In this document: piece by piece, positions 61,742 through 64,000 of the stretch
Layout of the letters: every line of letters starts with the position of its first letter
Numbering within the stretch: position 1 is the stretch's first letter
Assembly: GCA_034370385.1 (NCBI GenBank)
Contig: JAXMKZ010000011.1
Coordinates: 165,103 to 229,102, forward strand
Direction: 5' to 3'
DNA from: Coriobacteriia bacterium
Lineage (GTDB): Bacteria > Actinomycetota > Coriobacteriia > Anaerosomatales > PHET01
Length of the DNA: 64,000 bases
Notes under the pieces: model-generated
Seen by the model: only the letters and a program-made list of their open reading frames with translations
The model's database searches: none
Told to the model about the DNA's origin: nothing
Translations under genes and position numbers: made by a program

Positions 61742-62146
61742 TCACGTGATGATCAGCGCGCCGGGATACGCACCGTGTGCACAGGCGTCCGCGCTCACGA
61801 GCGTCGCACCGAGCAGACTCGCGCACGCCGGCGCGAGCGCGTCGTAGAACGAGCAGCCCAGGGCGGCGCACTGGGTGGCGGCCTCGGCGATGACTTGGTC
61901 TTCGAGCGGAACGATCGTGATGCCCGACGCTTTCATATCCTCCCACGCCTCGGGAATCGCCCGATGGGTGAATTCGCGCCGCACGACGGACAGCACCTCG
62001 TGCACGAAATGCGTCGGCGCAACGAGCAGAATCTCTCCGTCCATTGCCCTGCGATACAGGACACGCGAGGCGTCCGAGCCGGGTTCGTCCATGAACCACT
62101 TCACCCCGATGGACGCATCGAGTGCGAAGGCTTCCCGCGAACTCAC
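61742..62146 (-). CDS. vapC: PIN-domain toxin VapC (pair 3)
   Basis: ALDASIGVKWF...HFVHEVL...FYDALAPA...LVSADACA. ATGA-type overlap with vapB. Confidence 0.85.
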   Translation of the reverse strand: MSSREAFALDASIGVKWFMDEPGSDASRVLYRRAMDGEILLVAPTHFVHEVLSVVRREFTHRAIPEAWEDMKASGITIVPLEDQVIAEAATQCAALGCSFYDALAPACASLLGATLVSADACAHGAYPGALIIT

Positions 62147-62454
62147 TCCCGCTCCCCGTCGTGCGCGTACCTGAGCGGGGCGGAGTCGTCCGTCTCTCTG
62201 ATCTCCCTGAGAATCTCGAGGCTCGGGCGGTCGTCGTTGATCGGATAGCGCAGGTGGAACGTCCGCATGCTTTCGAGCGCGGCGAGTCCCCGGGCCCTGC
62301 GCGCATCGCGCTCACGCTCGTCTGCGGTCTTGCCCAGGTACGTCGCGAGCGACTCCTGCACGAGTTCGCTGCGGGGCACGCCGGCAGCATCGGCCTCAGC
62401 GTCGAGACGCGCCAGCAACTCGTCGGGCAGCGATATGGTCACACGGGCGGTCAC
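62143..62454 (-). CDS. vapB: Ribbon-helix-helix antitoxin VapB (pair 3)
   Basis: MTARVTISLPDELLARLDAEADAAGVPRSELVQES is clearly related to the pair 2 antitoxin. Confidence 0.85.
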   Translation of the reverse strand: MTARVTISLPDELLARLDAEADAAGVPRSELVQESLATYLGKTADERERDARRARGLAALESMRTFHLRYPINDDRPSLEILREIRETDDSAPLRYAHDGERE

Positions 62455-62482
62455 GACGCCTCCTCGTTCGCACGGCAGAACG

Positions 62483-62564
62483 GTTCATACTCAGGTTCAT
62501 ACTATCAGTATGATTCCCGCACCCTCGCGCCGTCAAACGCTGACGGCATCTGACGAGAGTATGA
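62483..62564. promoter_or_regulatory. Candidate VapB(3) operator array: repeated heptamer TCATACT/AGTATGA
   Basis: GTTCATACT at 62483..62491 and 62495..62503. Inverted AGTATGA at 62507..62513 and 62558..62564. The core palindrome is ATACT-ATC-AGTAT. Confidence 0.4.
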
Positions 62565-62571
62565 TGCGGGC

Positions 62572-63684
62572 ATGTCCTCCTCACCGCTCATCCATCGCCT
62601 TGCACGAATCACCCTCGCGGTGGCGCTCGTGGCCGGCGCACTCGCGACACCCGCGACCGCCAACGCGGCCCCCCGGTTCAACCCGCTCGACATCATCAGC
62701 TACGAGGTGTGGCGCGATGTCGACTCGATGTCCGAGGCGCAGATCCAGCGCTTCCTCGCAAGGCAGCCGGGGGTGCTCGACACCTACGTCGCCGCCGACC
62801 ATCAGGGCGTCCGCAAACGCGCCTCGCGCATCATCTACGAGGCGGCTCAGGCGTGGGACCTCAACCCGAAGGTCATCCTCGCCACGCTCCAGAAGGAGCA
62901 GAGTCTGCTCGCGATGCGCTCGCCGGGGTCGAAGCGGCTCAACGAGGCGATGGGGTGCGGCATCTTCCCGGGCAGCACCGAGCGCTTCCCGGGCTTCGGC
63001 AATCAGGTGTGGCACGGCACGCGGAAGCTGTCGACCTACGAGACCGACTTCGCCTGGCGTCCGGGGCTGAAGAAGGAAGTCACCGTGCGCGGTGCCGGTG
63101 GCGGCCGGCTCGCGACGATAACGCCTCGCAACGCGTGCACGTACGCGCTGTACACCTACACGCCGTTCTACCCCCAGCGCCTGTTCTGGGACGTGTACGT
63201 CCGCTACTTCGGCGATCCACGCCGCACGCCACCGACGCGCGCGGTGCACCGCCTGGTCGACGTCGAGTCGGGCGCGTTCTTCTACACGTGGAGCACCACC
63301 GAACGCTTCGCTCTCACCACGCGCGACCCCCTGCGCTGGCGCTACGACGGCGTCGCCTTCGCACTCACCCGCTCGGCCTCCGCGAACCGGCTGCCGCTGA
63401 TGCGACTTCATGACCGTTCGACCGGCGCATGGCGCTACACCGTCGATCCCGCCGAGCGCGATCGCCTTCTGGCTCTCCCCGATGCCACGTGGGAGGCGAG
63501 CGGAACCGCCTGCCTTGTTGCCCCGGCAGGCGCCGCCGGCACACGCCCCGTCTACCGGCTTGAGAGCACGTGGAACGGCGGGGTCTTCCTGACGTCCTCG
63601 CCCGCGGAGCGCGCCGACCTCACCTCTGGTGAGAACGCCCCCTTCCTCGACCGCGGAACCGCGTTCGGCATCGTCGGCCGCTAG
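62572..63684 (+). CDS. Secreted protein: conserved N-terminal domain of unknown function plus three DUF5648-like repeats
   Basis: Signal ...LVAGALATPATANA. N-terminal domain with MSEAQIQRFL...KVILATLQKEQSLL. Repeats VHRLVDVESGAFFYTWSTTER, LMRLHDRSTGAWRYTVDPAER and VYRLESTWNGGVFLTSSPAER. Confidence 0.6.
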   Translation: MSSSPLIHRLARITLAVALVAGALATPATANAAPRFNPLDIISYEVWRDVDSMSEAQIQRFLARQPGVLDTYVAADHQGVRKRASRIIYEAAQAWDLNPKVILATLQKEQSLLAMRSPGSKRLNEAMGCGIFPGSTERFPGFGNQVWHGTRKLSTYETDFAWRPGLKKEVTVRGAGGGRLATITPRNACTYALYTYTPFYPQRLFWDVYVRYFGDPRRTPPTRAVHRLVDVESGAFFYTWSTTERFALTTRDPLRWRYDGVAFALTRSASANRLPLMRLHDRSTGAWRYTVDPAERDRLLALPDATWEASGTACLVAPAGAAGTRPVYRLESTWNGGVFLTSSPAERADLTSGENAPFLDRGTAFGIVGR

Positions 63685-63695
63685 GACCGCTCTGC

Positions 63696-64000
63696 CTACT
63701 CCATCACCGCAAGCCTGACCGGCAGGTCGAGTTTCGGAAGATCGATCGTCCGATCAACCTTCGCCGTCACCGGATCGATCACGAGCAGCCTCGAGTCCCC
63801 GAAGCTCGCAACCACAACTCGATCTCCCCACGGCTGTACATCGCACGCCCCGCCCGGGACATCGATTCGGCCGGTCTCCTCAAGCGTCGCGGGATCCGCG
63901 AAGATGAGTGCCGTTCCGGTCTGAGCCAGATCCTGGCCCGCCCAATCAGCGAAGACCAGCGTGTCGCCGACCAGCACCATGTCGCCGCATCCGCCGACGA
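63696..64000 (-). CDS. C-terminal part of a beta-propeller-like (YncE/YVTN-like) protein; the N-terminus lies beyond the window
   Basis: The frame is open from 64000 down to the stop at 63696. Sequence ...GDRVVVASFGDSRLLVIDPVTAKVDRTIDLP. Confidence 0.45.
   Translation of the reverse strand, partial: VGGCGDMVLVGDTLVFADWAGQDLAQTGTALIFADPATLEETGRIDVPGGACDVQPWGDRVVVASFGDSRLLVIDPVTAKVDRTIDLPKLDLPVRLAVME

Noticed and set aside
61518-62390. The 5' extension of the giant ORF (the ORF track gives 1651 aa starting at 62390).
   Set aside because: The extension reads as Arg/Ser-rich nonsense and overlaps the bona fide vapB/vapC pair 3 in other frames. A GGAGG-ATG start with a classic signal peptide occurs at 61517.
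49243-62571. The accessory-looking region considered as a discrete genomic island or prophage.
   Set aside because: No integrase, transposase, tRNA attachment site, phage structural genes or flanking direct repeats were found. A core gene (purL) lies inside it. Only the TA density and the surface-protein content are suggestive.

Overview
High-GC (~65% by eye) bacterial chromosomal segment. No rRNA, tRNA, CRISPR array, transposase or integrase was seen. Gene content and synteny point to an anaerobic Actinomycetota-like lineage (inference only): ask-asd, recR-ybaB-dnaX-SRP RNA, a four-subunit 2-oxoacid:ferredoxin oxidoreductase, radical SAM and a hydrogenase-like sensor. Positions 1-34 kb are mostly core metabolism plus a dense signalling block: a LytTR response regulator, an OmpR-type two-component pair, one GGDEF protein and two HD-GYP proteins. 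Positions 34-64 kb look accessory. They hold many Sec-signal proteins: an S8 protease, a PPC-domain protein, three CarboxypepD_reg-like proteins, a BNR propeller, a 1360-aa beta-helix/Ig protein and others. Several of these end in the same ~95-aa C-terminal module. This half also carries three RHH-PIN (VapBC) pairs, a PadR/HAAS/toast-rack module and a decayed TipA-type MerR gene whose promoter is intact. I could not identify one clear-cut new multi-gene system. The strongest leads are listed here. (1) An msrA gene has an in-frame TGA at the catalytic Cys position and a SECIS-like hairpin just downstream, making it a candidate selenoprotein. (2) An [FeFe]-hydrogenase-like Fe-S domain is fused to a GGDEF output, inside a c-di-GMP gene cluster. 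(3) A shared C-terminal module recurs on at least five secreted proteins that have no recognisable anchor. (4) The giant Cys-ladder beta-helix protein contains five perfect 44-bp DNA repeats. (5) The TipAL gene is frameshifted, yet its promoter and TipAS part are intact. All domain calls come from reading the translations by eye; no database search was run.
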